Shown here in pieces: positions 44,862 to 53,978 of a stretch of DNA of 64,000 nt. A program made the translations under genes and the position numbers. Below the pieces are notes generated by a model, which searched no databases, was not told the DNA's origin, and worked only from the letters and a program-made list of their open reading frames with translations. Each line of letters starts with the position of its first letter. Positions within the stretch are counted from its first letter, which is position 1. Source of the stretch: Candidatus Heimdallarchaeota archaeon (GTDB taxonomy: Archaea; Asgardarchaeota; Heimdallarchaeia; JABLTI01); assembly GCA_019056785.1 (NCBI GenBank), contig DXJV01000084.1:1489-65488 (forward strand). Reading direction: 5' to 3'.

Positions 44862-45779
44862 ATGTTACTAAATGAATGGATCCCTTTTAGCATGTCAACA
44901 AATGGTCCCTTTGATTTAAAACGGACAATTGAATCTGGTCAAAGCTCTTTTCCAACGCCACAAAGCGACAAACTCGGAAGGTATTATTTGGTCCTCGATT
45001 TAGAGTCAAAAGGAAAAAAAGTCATCACAAGATTTTATCAAAAAGGAGCGAAATTGCACGGCGAAATGGTTTCTCCTATGGAAGAGCTGACAGAAGCCCA
45101 GATAAAAGAAGCAAAGAAGAAAATCAGACTAACATTGGGCTTGCAGTTCAATTTACGAGAATTTTATGCAACCTTTAAAGATGACCCCATCGCGCCGGCT
45201 TTCCAGTTTTGCACAGGCTTGAAATTAACTCGAGCATATGACTTATTTGAAAGTTTAATTTCCTCTATTTTAACACAAAACAGTTCTGTTTGGAAATGGG
45301 TAGGACAAGTAAGAAAGTTAAAGGAGTTAGCCGGCGAAAAATTCCCTATGGAACATTTTATGGTTTATTCTTTTCCATCACCACAAAACCTCTTTCGATT
45401 GAAATATCGTATTAAAGAAGCAAAATTGGGGTATCGAGAGGAATATGTGCTTAAAGCAATCGAAGAAATTGCCACATATCAAATTAGACTTGATAAATTG
45501 CGCACTTTGTCAACAGATAAAGCCAGGAAGATTCTCCTTAAAATAAAAGGTATTGGTCCAAAAGTTGCAGATATGTTTCTTTTATATGGCTTGGGAAAAA
45601 TCGATGCCCCTCCAATAGACATCTGGATCCAGCGAGGGGTTTCTGCCATTTTCTTCAAAGGAAAAGAAGTTTCTTTGGATGTTTGTCGAACGAAATTGGT
45701 CGAGCACTATGGGAAATGGGCAGGACTGGCACAATTGTATATTTATGATTGGATCAGGCAGAAAAAGTCCATTAGCTAA
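44862..45779 (+). CDS. HhH-GPD DNA glycosylase, OGG1-like 8-oxoguanine glycosylase/lyase
   Basis: SILTQNSS and IKGIGPKVADMFLLYGLGKIDAPPIDIWIQRG parallel the human OGG1 segment GVGTKVADC...VPVDVH as I recall it, including the catalytic Lys and Asp positions. Confidence 0.65.
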   Translation: MLLNEWIPFSMSTNGPFDLKRTIESGQSSFPTPQSDKLGRYYLVLDLESKGKKVITRFYQKGAKLHGEMVSPMEELTEAQIKEAKKKIRLTLGLQFNLREFYATFKDDPIAPAFQFCTGLKLTRAYDLFESLISSILTQNSSVWKWVGQVRKLKELAGEKFPMEHFMVYSFPSPQNLFRLKYRIKEAKLGYREEYVLKAIEEIATYQIRLDKLRTLSTDKARKILLKIKGIGPKVADMFLLYGLGKIDAPPIDIWIQRGVSAIFFKGKEVSLDVCRTKLVEHYGKWAGLAQLYIYDWIRQKKSIS

Positions 45780-46633
45780 TTTGACATTATAGTAATGTCA
45801 CAAAAAGCTTCTTCTTCGATTGTATAAGACCTGACATCTAACCTGTAGAGCATTTTTGTCTCGGCAGTTTCTAGGACAATCTCTGAATAACTGATAGCCA
45901 TGGGGTCTTGTTCTGGTGATAGGAGATTTTCATACATTAGTCCGGATAAACTTACAAGACTTTTAGCTATTTTATAGAGAGTTATCTTCTCCTCTTTGCT
46001 CATCAACAGCTGGTTAAAGGATTCAATAGCTCTCTCACCCAAATCATAAAATAGCTCCTCAATTCGAATCTTACCATTATAAAGTACATTTGTAAACTCA
46101 AATTTCGAACCAAAATCGTTTGAGGCTTGAGTTAACGACCAACTGGCAACTAACGACTGGAATTTCGTGTCAACTTCTTCTAACATCGTAGCTACATCTT
46201 TGATCAGCGAAAAGTTCTGAAGATAGGGAATGTCTGAAATATCCCGGCCACTAGCTTGTAATCGATTGTAAATATTTTCGACAATAGAATCCAGGAAAGC
46301 TTTTTCAAACTCACTCATTTGATTCGTAATCATATGAGAATAAAAGACACTTTGTAAGCTTAAACCGCGATAAGATGAACAATGAATGACATAATCAGGA
46401 ACATTTTCAACCGGTTCTTCGGAAGTTATGGGAGGATGAAAATTTATTCTAACGATAGACAATTTCTCATTGTTAAATTTGATATGCTCTTGATCAAAGA
46501 ACGTAGAAATAGCATATAAACTACTGGTAAGAAGCATAATGGTATCTTCGTTTAAAATACCCCCTACTTCAGGTACTTGAAAGAGGTAAACGCCTTCACT
46601 TGAGAGCCATCTTGTTGCTTGGTAAATCATCAT
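45776..46633 (-). CDS. hypothetical protein, possibly with an N-terminal longin/Roadblock-like domain
   Basis: GVYLFQVPEVGGILNEDTIMLLTSSLYAISTFFDQE resembles longin/SNARE-like regulatory domains. The rest is unassigned. Confidence 0.4.
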   Translation of the reverse strand: MMIYQATRWLSSEGVYLFQVPEVGGILNEDTIMLLTSSLYAISTFFDQEHIKFNNEKLSIVRINFHPPITSEEPVENVPDYVIHCSSYRGLSLQSVFYSHMITNQMSEFEKAFLDSIVENIYNRLQASGRDISDIPYLQNFSLIKDVATMLEEVDTKFQSLVASWSLTQASNDFGSKFEFTNVLYNGKIRIEELFYDLGERAIESFNQLLMSKEEKITLYKIAKSLVSLSGLMYENLLSPEQDPMAISYSEIVLETAETKMLYRLDVRSYTIEEEAFCDITIMSN

Positions 46634-46748
46634 TCTTTGTTCCTTTTTTGAATTCTTCTTTGTGTATTTCCTAGAAGGCTTTTTTTAAATCCTTCTTTAT
46701 TGAAATGAAATACTATTATAAGATTAATTATTACGGAAAATGGAAGAA

Positions 46749-47723
46749 TCAATCATGGCTTTCTGCAGATGCTTCAGCCTTAATAATTTCTGCAAACTTT
46801 TCCTTCCAGCCGTTATTTATTGATAATGTGATTATTGATACAAGCATTATCACAATTCCGATGGATTGTAAAATGATATCTAATATTGAATAACCACTTG
46901 TTGGTGCCCATTCTTGGAAGATAATAATACCAGCTAGAACGGGGATAATAACTTGTATTGCGGCCCAAATTGGTAAAATAATTACTCCTTGTCCTTTTTG
47001 ATAGGAAATGTTCAATAAGATAATCCCAATGACACTTACAAAGAAATAAAGAAGGACAAATGTCCAAGTAAAAAGCCACCTTTCACCAAAAAAAGCTTCA
47101 ATAAATCCCACATCGCGAATCGCCGTTGCCACTGCTTTTGTGAAGAGATTTTGGGTTGCAGTCCATATGGCTGATGAAATTACCAAAAAAACCAAAGAAA
47201 TCGTTTTTTTCGTTTTTTCGCTGACAAGGTAACTAAGAAGGGCAATTGAGAGGAAAACGGAGAAAAAGATAATGCCATTTCGACTTGTAAATAAGGTAAT
47301 TAAAGTAAGATAACTTATTTGCTCCAAAGGTTTTGCAGTAATACCAATAACAACTATTCCGACTATGCCAAAAAAAACACCGACAATATCCAATCGATTA
47401 ATTTTCTCTTTAAGATAAAAATGAATGAAAATAACAAGAACAATGAGACCAAAACCATACAAAGGTTGTAATACTGTAATTGAGGCGAGGGCAAAAGCCC
47501 CGGCGGCGAATAAGGTGCTGGAACTATTAAGAAGAAAACCAAAGATCCATGCTTTATTTGTTATCATGTTTTTTAAGGAAGCCAAAATGCCTGCTTCTTT
47601 TACGATTAAAGGAAGTTCTGTAGCGGCTTTTTTTTGGATGGTCATGCCTATGAAATTAACCGAAGCGGCAATCAATTGCAACACAATTGCCAGGACAAGA
47701 ATCGAGATTGACGCCAAAGCCAT
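46749..47723 (-). CDS. NIPA-like Mg2+ transporter (DUF803, DMT superfamily)
   Basis: About 9 TM helices. VNFIGMTIQKKAA, VLQPLYGFGLIVLVIFIHFYLKEKINRLDIVG and IIFQEWA parallel the NIPA1 segments VLQKKG, YLLKEKLN and ILFREW as I recall them. Confidence 0.7.
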   Translation of the reverse strand: MALASISILVLAIVLQLIAASVNFIGMTIQKKAATELPLIVKEAGILASLKNMITNKAWIFGFLLNSSSTLFAAGAFALASITVLQPLYGFGLIVLVIFIHFYLKEKINRLDIVGVFFGIVGIVVIGITAKPLEQISYLTLITLFTSRNGIIFFSVFLSIALLSYLVSEKTKKTISLVFLVISSAIWTATQNLFTKAVATAIRDVGFIEAFFGERWLFTWTFVLLYFFVSVIGIILLNISYQKGQGVIILPIWAAIQVIIPVLAGIIIFQEWAPTSGYSILDIILQSIGIVIMLVSIITLSINNGWKEKFAEIIKAEASAESHD

Positions 47724-47830
47724 AATGACTCTATTTTAATTTTGAACTCAAAAAGGTTTAGGGAAGTAAGAAAATAGCACTAGAGAAATTCCTATTAACC
47801 TAAAAGAAAACAAGAAGGATAGATGGGAAA

Positions 47831-48397
47831 ATGGTCGAAATTAGGCTCTTATCTAAAACCGATTGGCAAGGGCTTTACGACATTATAAGTGAAGTAGATA
47901 AAGAGCTTGTTGGAATGTTCAGTGAAACTGAGGAATTGGTGGAAGATTGGATTAATTCAATTGAGCTTGGGGTTTGGGAAGTGTATGTAGCCACGCTTCC
48001 TCAACATGAAATTGAAAGAGAATTAAACCGCTTAAAATGGAAGTTACGGTTTTGGCACCGGTATAAAAGAAACCAGAATAATATTGTTGGGTTGGTTACA
48101 TTATATGGTGATTGGGAGGAAGACGAAGAGATACAAAAGGGCGAATTTGATATTGGAATAACTGTGGCAAAACCCTTTCAAAAGAAAGGTATTGGAAAAG
48201 AATTATTACACTTTGTTTGTAATAGAGGAGAAAAACTCGGCTATTTACGTGCTACGCTCTGGACTAGGATTGATAACCTCCCAATGATTAAACTTGCAAA
48301 GAAAGTCGGCTTTAAGGAAGGAAAAACAAGAACAAGATTTGGTTATCAGTGGATCCAATTTACAAAAGAATTGAGAAAAAAAGAGGAAAAAGAATAA
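47831..48397 (+). CDS. GNAT-family N-acetyltransferase
   Basis: Acetyl-CoA motif FQKKGIGKELLHFVCNRGEKLG and LAKKVGFKE. Confidence 0.75.
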   Translation: MVEIRLLSKTDWQGLYDIISEVDKELVGMFSETEELVEDWINSIELGVWEVYVATLPQHEIERELNRLKWKLRFWHRYKRNQNNIVGLVTLYGDWEEDEEIQKGEFDIGITVAKPFQKKGIGKELLHFVCNRGEKLGYLRATLWTRIDNLPMIKLAKKVGFKEGKTRTRFGYQWIQFTKELRKKEEKE

Positions 48398-48412
48398 AAG
48401 CCATTATGGCAG

Positions 48413-49021
48413 TTATTCTGATACCCCAATAATTTCATAAGCTTTTTTGCGATTGCTTTCAACTTTCTGAGAAACTTCTTTGAAAAGATTGTTCCCATGA
48501 GTATCAATAGCAACCGTCAATGGACCAAATTCTTCAACTTCAAATATCCAGAGAGCTTCAGGGGTTCCTAAGTCTAACCATTCAACACCTTTAACTTTCT
48601 TAACGGCTTTTGCTGCAAGAACAGCTGCACCTCCGGTGAAAGCACCATAGACTGCACCAACCTTTTTCATTGCTGCGGTAGTTCGTTCAAACATTCCGCC
48701 TTTACCAATGACCACCCGAACTTTGAATTGTTCAATATATTTATCTTCGAAAATTTCCATTCGTGAAGATGTTGTTGGTCCTGCTGCAACTACATGCCAT
48801 TCGCCCTTTTCATCTTGTTTAACTATGGGGCCACAATGGAACAATGCCAACCCCTCAAAATCCAATGGTAGCTTTTTACCTTCCTTTGCATATTCCAAAG
48901 CTCGAAGGTGGGCTTCGTCTCGTGAGAGATAGACGGTTCCGGAGATATAGATAATATCACCGACTTTCACTTTACGAACATCTTCTTCTGAAATAGGGGT
49001 TTGTAATTTTACTATAGCCAT
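48413..49021 (-). CDS. class I (Fe-S) fumarate hydratase / tartrate dehydratase, beta subunit
   Basis: GTVYLSRDEAHLR, GPTTSSRME and IGKGGM. Confidence 0.85.
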   Translation of the reverse strand: MAIVKLQTPISEEDVRKVKVGDIIYISGTVYLSRDEAHLRALEYAKEGKKLPLDFEGLALFHCGPIVKQDEKGEWHVVAAGPTTSSRMEIFEDKYIEQFKVRVVIGKGGMFERTTAAMKKVGAVYGAFTGGAAVLAAKAVKKVKGVEWLDLGTPEALWIFEVEEFGPLTVAIDTHGNNLFKEVSQKVESNRKKAYEIIGVSE

Positions 49022-49030
49022 TTTCCTTCC

Positions 49031-49918
49031 TTACTCCTTAATATTGTGATGTAAATAAGTAACTTTGCCATCAGGCGCAATCTCTGCTCCTGATTGTCGT
49101 GCAGCCCAGCATTGGACTGCAATTCCCAACGGAAGAGAGGCAGGATGTCTATAAGCATAATCCATATGGACTGCCAAACAAGTGGTATTTCCTCCCAAAC
49201 CCATTGGCCCAATCCCGGTGGTATTTATCGCTTCCTTTAATTTTCTCTCGATTTCAGCAATATTTTTATCAGGATGGGGTTGACCAACAGGGCGCATCAA
49301 CTGCTTTTTAGCTAATTTTATTGCGATGTCTGCCCCACCACCAATTGCAACACCTACAACAGTTGGTGGGCAAGGTTGGCCAGCTGCATGGATCATCCAA
49401 TCGAGGACTTCTTTCATCACTCCTTTGATGCCCACGCCAGGTTTGAGCATTTTCACAGTGCTCATGTTCTCACTTCCTCCACCTTTTGGGAAAGCAACAA
49501 TTTTCAATTTATCCCCAGGCACTACTTCCCAATTGATCCAAGGGATAAACCGGCCCGTGTTGTCGCCGGAGTTGCTCCCAAAGGGGTCGACAGCATTTGG
49601 TCGCATTGGAACTTCTTTGGTGGCACGTCGAGAAGCATTAATAAGTGCGTCTTTGATTTTCCCAAGGTCATCAATCGGGCAATCGGCGCCAACTTCGACA
49701 TAATAAATATGTATCCCGGTATCTTGACACATTGGAATGCAAAACTTTGCGCCGGTTTCGAAGTTCTTAATGATGGCTTCTAATTGACTCTTCGCCACGG
49801 AATTTGACTCGTACTTGTACGCGTCTTTCAACGCCTTAACGGCGCTATCAGGCAAAACAGTTGCTGCATATTTCATTAAATTAAAAGCAACCTTTTCAAC
49901 AATTGGTGCGTATTCCAT
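49031..49918 (-). CDS. class I (Fe-S) fumarate hydratase / tartrate dehydratase, alpha subunit
   Basis: PMCQDTGI and PKGGGSEN motifs. Sits directly upstream of the beta subunit. Confidence 0.85.
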   Translation of the reverse strand: MEYAPIVEKVAFNLMKYAATVLPDSAVKALKDAYKYESNSVAKSQLEAIIKNFETGAKFCIPMCQDTGIHIYYVEVGADCPIDDLGKIKDALINASRRATKEVPMRPNAVDPFGSNSGDNTGRFIPWINWEVVPGDKLKIVAFPKGGGSENMSTVKMLKPGVGIKGVMKEVLDWMIHAAGQPCPPTVVGVAIGGGADIAIKLAKKQLMRPVGQPHPDKNIAEIERKLKEAINTTGIGPMGLGGNTTCLAVHMDYAYRHPASLPLGIAVQCWAARQSGAEIAPDGKVTYLHHNIKE

Positions 49919-50157
49919 TGTTTTATTGTCCCTTCATTAAATAATTACTATTATTTGTAAATGCAGTAAAGTTATCTATTTTAAAAGCTTGTTTTTAAAC
50001 GAAAAAAAAACAGCTAAAAGATTCTCGAGAATTAAATAAATAAAAAAAGTTCAAAAATAGAAAGCAAATATATAAAAAAGGACTGAGAAGTCAAATTTCC
50101 AACTATAAAATATACCATCAATTGAAAATATTACAGCTATTCGGAGAAAGATAAAAA

Positions 50158-50973
50158 ATGCAGAATTCCGCTTACGAGCATGAGCCTTTAAAAGGTATTG
50201 AAAGTAAGGTTATACTGGCAACGGGTTTAGGGGGTGCAGGACGCTCCTATCCAGATTATGAAGCAAAATTCGGGAAAGAAAATTGCATCATTGTTATTTG
50301 GGATAAATCCTGCACAGATTTAGACGCACATATAAATTATTTGAAAAGCAAATTGCCAAAAGAACCATTTGTTGGTATTGGACATAGCTTGGGTGGTTCC
50401 ATTTGGCTGGAAATTTGTAGCCGAGAAAATATACCAAATATGAAGGGATTAGTATTAGTCGGAAGTGCAAGAAAGGTACGAAGTGATAGGGGGATGGAAT
50501 TTCTGATGGGTGGTCATTGGTTCCGTTTATGGTGGATTGCTATTTTGATCACATTGGCCTTTCCAATTATGCTCTTTGTGTGGGGGAGAAAAACTTTTGA
50601 TACTTATCGAGAGATGTGGGGATTTCTCGCAAAAGATGGAGCACAAAAAATTCATGCCCAATATAATAAAACTTTGAAAAAATTAGGAACAGTTACTTCC
50701 GTAAAAAATCCTGATTTGCCTTTAGTGATTGTTCGTTTACGAAAAGATACTTTAATAGACCCAGATGATCTTGAATTTACAAAATCCATGTTTAATAATG
50801 TTCATGAACAAATTATTGAAAGCGAAGCGCTTCATTTAACTGAAAAATTAGACCATGCAACTGTTGAAAAAATTGCTGCAGAAGCGGAGTTCTTAGGATT
50901 AGTGAAGAGAAGAGAAATTGAGAAATTTCAAATTACAAAAAGAAAGGAACAAATTATTGAAGCCACCAAATAA
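50158..50973 (+). CDS. alpha/beta-fold hydrolase with an inserted hydrophobic segment
   Basis: Nucleophile elbow GIGHSLGGS. The inserted segment is WFRLWWIAILITLAFPIMLFVW. Confidence 0.65.
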   Translation: MQNSAYEHEPLKGIESKVILATGLGGAGRSYPDYEAKFGKENCIIVIWDKSCTDLDAHINYLKSKLPKEPFVGIGHSLGGSIWLEICSRENIPNMKGLVLVGSARKVRSDRGMEFLMGGHWFRLWWIAILITLAFPIMLFVWGRKTFDTYREMWGFLAKDGAQKIHAQYNKTLKKLGTVTSVKNPDLPLVIVRLRKDTLIDPDDLEFTKSMFNNVHEQIIESEALHLTEKLDHATVEKIAAEAEFLGLVKRREIEKFQITKRKEQIIEATK

Positions 50974-50994
50974 GTTTTCCTCTTTTTTTTCTCT

Positions 50995-51858
50995 CTATTT
51001 AATGATGTCTAAGGAAAGATCAATGGACTTGAAGGAATGGGTCAATGCTCCAGAGGAAATAATGTCTGCGCCGAGATTTGCATATTCCCTGAGATTTTCT
51101 CGAGTAATACCACCACTTAGTTCTATGAGAACATTTTTTCGGAGTCCCTCTTTTTCTAAGGCTTTTAATGCAGCTATCACTTCTTTTGGTTTCATATTAT
51201 CTAGCATTATTATGTCAGCCCCAGCTTTTGCAGCTTCTATTGCACTTGGTATATCCTCCACTTCGACCTCAATTTTCTTCGAAAAACTCAAATTTTCTTT
51301 GAGAACTTTAATGGCTTCGCTAATAGATTTGAATAACACTCGATGATTATCTTTAATTAGAACCATATCATCTAAACGCAATCGATGGGTATCTCCGCCT
51401 CCACAAGCCACAGCATATTTTTCTAAAAGTCGTAGTCCGGGGGTTGTTTTCCTTGTGGCAGCAATAACGGTATGTGAATCCTCCGGGACCATTTGAACAA
51501 ACGACCAAGTTTTGGTAGCAATTCCAGACATACGGGAAAGGAGGTTTAGAGCCACTCGTTCTCGCAGGAGTATTTTCTTCATTGGTCCATAAATAATGGC
51601 AATATCTTGATTCTTTTTTAATTGCTCACCATCTTTTGCTTTGAGAGTTACATTACACCCCCCGGGCTCAAAAATTTCTGGCAGAAGCACCGCACCCGAA
51701 AGAATGCATGCTTCTCGTGTGAAAATCCTAGCTTCAGCCTGTTTCTCTTCTGGGAACAGAATTTCTGACGTGATGTCACCGTAACCTTCATCTTCAATCA
51801 TAAAATTAAACAACATCTCTCGAACAAGCACTTGTGGCAAGGGCAAAATTTTCCTCAT
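50995..51858 (-). CDS. nadC: nicotinate-nucleotide pyrophosphorylase (quinolinate phosphoribosyltransferase)
   Basis: GDITSE, TRKTTPGLRLLEKYAVACGGGDTHR, LIKDNH and SGGI. Confidence 0.9.
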   Translation of the reverse strand: MRKILPLPQVLVREMLFNFMIEDEGYGDITSEILFPEEKQAEARIFTREACILSGAVLLPEIFEPGGCNVTLKAKDGEQLKKNQDIAIIYGPMKKILLRERVALNLLSRMSGIATKTWSFVQMVPEDSHTVIAATRKTTPGLRLLEKYAVACGGGDTHRLRLDDMVLIKDNHRVLFKSISEAIKVLKENLSFSKKIEVEVEDIPSAIEAAKAGADIIMLDNMKPKEVIAALKALEKEGLRKNVLIELSGGITRENLREYANLGADIISSGALTHSFKSIDLSLDIIK

Positions 51859-52805
51859 GATAACTCCAACATCCTTAGAATGGCCTTTTTTGCATTAATC
51901 TGAACTGCCTCTGGTATAGTAACTTCATATTGCTCATATAATAATGCATCTCTCAAATTCTCTAGTGTTATTCGTTTCATGTTTCGACAAATAGCGGTGT
52001 TTTTTGCCAAATAGAACTGTTTGTCAGAGTATAACTCACTTAGCCGATCAACCAACCCTTTTTCCGTTGCAACAATAATTTCTTTTTCTGTGGCTTCTTC
52101 TGCAAAGCGTAACATTTTCGCTGTTGAACCAACAAAATCTGCATGTTCTTGAATATCCGGATTACATTCAGGATGCGCGATGAGAATTGCTCCCGGGTGT
52201 TCCTTTTTTATCGCGAGGATTGTTTCTAAATCAAAACGTTTGTGAACATAACAATGACCATTTGGAGGGACAAAATGCAATTTAACTTCAGGTAGCTGTT
52301 TTTGAACATAAAAACCTAAATTCCTATCTGGGCCAAAAATGACTTCAGGAACGTCCAATCGCTCAACAATTTTGGCAGCATTACTGCTTGTACATGTAAG
52401 GTCTGCATGTGCTTTTGTTTCAGCAGTAGTATTAACATAAACAACCACAGGAGCATCTGGATATTTTTCTCTGGCAGAATCTATTAGCTCTGGATTACAC
52501 TGATCTGCAAGTGGACAACTGGCTTTTACATTTGGGATCAATACTTTTGTTTCTGGATTTAAAAGTTTAGCAGTTTCAGCCATAAAATAAACGCCAGCAA
52601 AGACAATAAGATCAGCCTTTTTAATCTCCTTTGCTGCTTTTGCCAACCCAAGTGAATCACCGACTCTATCAGCTATGCCTTGAATTGGCATTATTTGATA
52701 ATAATGTGCTAGAAGAACAGCATTCTTTTCTTCTTTTAAAGCCAGAATTTCATCAGATAATGCTTTAATTTCTTCAAGCGTTAGTTTTGGTTTTTTAACA
52801 GTCAT
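51855..52805 (-). CDS. nadA: quinolinate synthase
   Basis: LLAHYYQ, GDSLGLA and GVYFMAETAKLL. 4-nt overlap with nadC. Confidence 0.9.
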   Translation of the reverse strand: MTVKKPKLTLEEIKALSDEILALKEEKNAVLLAHYYQIMPIQGIADRVGDSLGLAKAAKEIKKADLIVFAGVYFMAETAKLLNPETKVLIPNVKASCPLADQCNPELIDSAREKYPDAPVVVYVNTTAETKAHADLTCTSSNAAKIVERLDVPEVIFGPDRNLGFYVQKQLPEVKLHFVPPNGHCYVHKRFDLETILAIKKEHPGAILIAHPECNPDIQEHADFVGSTAKMLRFAEEATEKEIIVATEKGLVDRLSELYSDKQFYLAKNTAICRNMKRITLENLRDALLYEQYEVTIPEAVQINAKKAILRMLELS

Positions 52806-52913
52806 AAGACAGGCGACTTTCCTTCAGCAAGTTTAGTAACCAAAAAGGAGGAATTGAAAATAAAGTCTTTGCTATAACATTTTAATTTTTTTTAAAAAAA
52901 AAGAAAAAAGGTA

Positions 52914-53699
52914 TTAAACCTTCGACATTCTTGCGATGATTTCATCAACTGCAGCAATTAAACCATCAATATTTCGCGACTCGAGTTCTTTTATTTTTGC
53001 ACGATATTCTTTCTCAGTGAATTCACCAACAGAATATCTTGCAAAGTATTCTTCTTTTTGTGAGGAGATCTCTTCTTTTTGATCAATCAAGTTACGGCGA
53101 TATTGTTTTAGCCGAGCTTCTTCATCATCAACTTTTGCTTTTGTCGCTCGTTCTTTTTCTTTGTATTCTTTCTTTAAGCGGTCATAAGTGGATTCTTGGA
53201 TACGTCCTTCTTTGAAGATTTCCTCGAGCTTTTCTTGGCGTTCGCGCATTTCCACTACTTCCTGCACTAGATTTAAGAGCTCAAGAGACGACATTACTTT
53301 TCGTTTCTCATTAATATCTTTCTCGAGATCTGCGATGGAGTTATTTATTCTTTTAAGCTCACTATTATATTCTTTTTCCGAAATGGCTTCCTCAACCCGG
53401 AATCTTATTTCCAGGTTGTCTTTTTCTTTCTTTAATTCCTCAATTTTCTTTTGGAGAGGGATAATTTCAGCCAATTTCAACAACGAATCTTCTTCTTCTT
53501 TTGTTAGTTCTACTTTCACGGGCGCTAGTTCTGGAGCATATTCTTCTACTGCTTCATAATCACGAACCCTTTCAGCATCATGTTTTGTACTAGTCTGGCT
53601 GTCTTTTATTAACTTGAACCCGCAAGACCGACAAAATTTTGCACCTGGCAATGCACGTGCACCACATCTTGGACAATATTTTACCATTTTTGTTACCAT
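52914..53699 (-). CDS. zinc-ribbon plus long coiled-coil protein with three SHOCT-like (E/G)x(I/F)xExxY motifs
   Basis: MVKYCPRCGARALPGAKFCRSCG, then a K/E-rich coiled coil containing EAISEKEYNSELKRI, GRIQESTYDRLKKEY and GEFTEKEYRAKIKEL. The ORF opens at GTG 53738; ATGs at 53699 and 53687. Confidence 0.6.
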   Translation of the reverse strand: MVTKMVKYCPRCGARALPGAKFCRSCGFKLIKDSQTSTKHDAERVRDYEAVEEYAPELAPVKVELTKEEEDSLLKLAEIIPLQKKIEELKKEKDNLEIRFRVEEAISEKEYNSELKRINNSIADLEKDINEKRKVMSSLELLNLVQEVVEMRERQEKLEEIFKEGRIQESTYDRLKKEYKEKERATKAKVDDEEARLKQYRRNLIDQKEEISSQKEEYFARYSVGEFTEKEYRAKIKELESRNIDGLIAAVDEIIARMSKV

Positions 53700-53978
53700 C
53701 CTTTCAATTTTCAGTATATCAATAAGAATAACAAACACTTATTTATTATTATTTTAACGTTCTTTTTTAGAAAGAACAAATAAAAAGTGAATACATAAAG
53801 CAAAAAATTTAGGAAACCAAAAGTTAAAAAATAAAACAATTAATTAATAAATAAGCTTTAAAGCTAAACGAAAGGCTAATACTACCACAACATAATGCTA
53901 ATAAATCAAATGTTAAAACTAAAGCTTACAAAAAGGATAGAGTTGAACAATCCAAACGGTTAAATAGAGAAATGTGGA

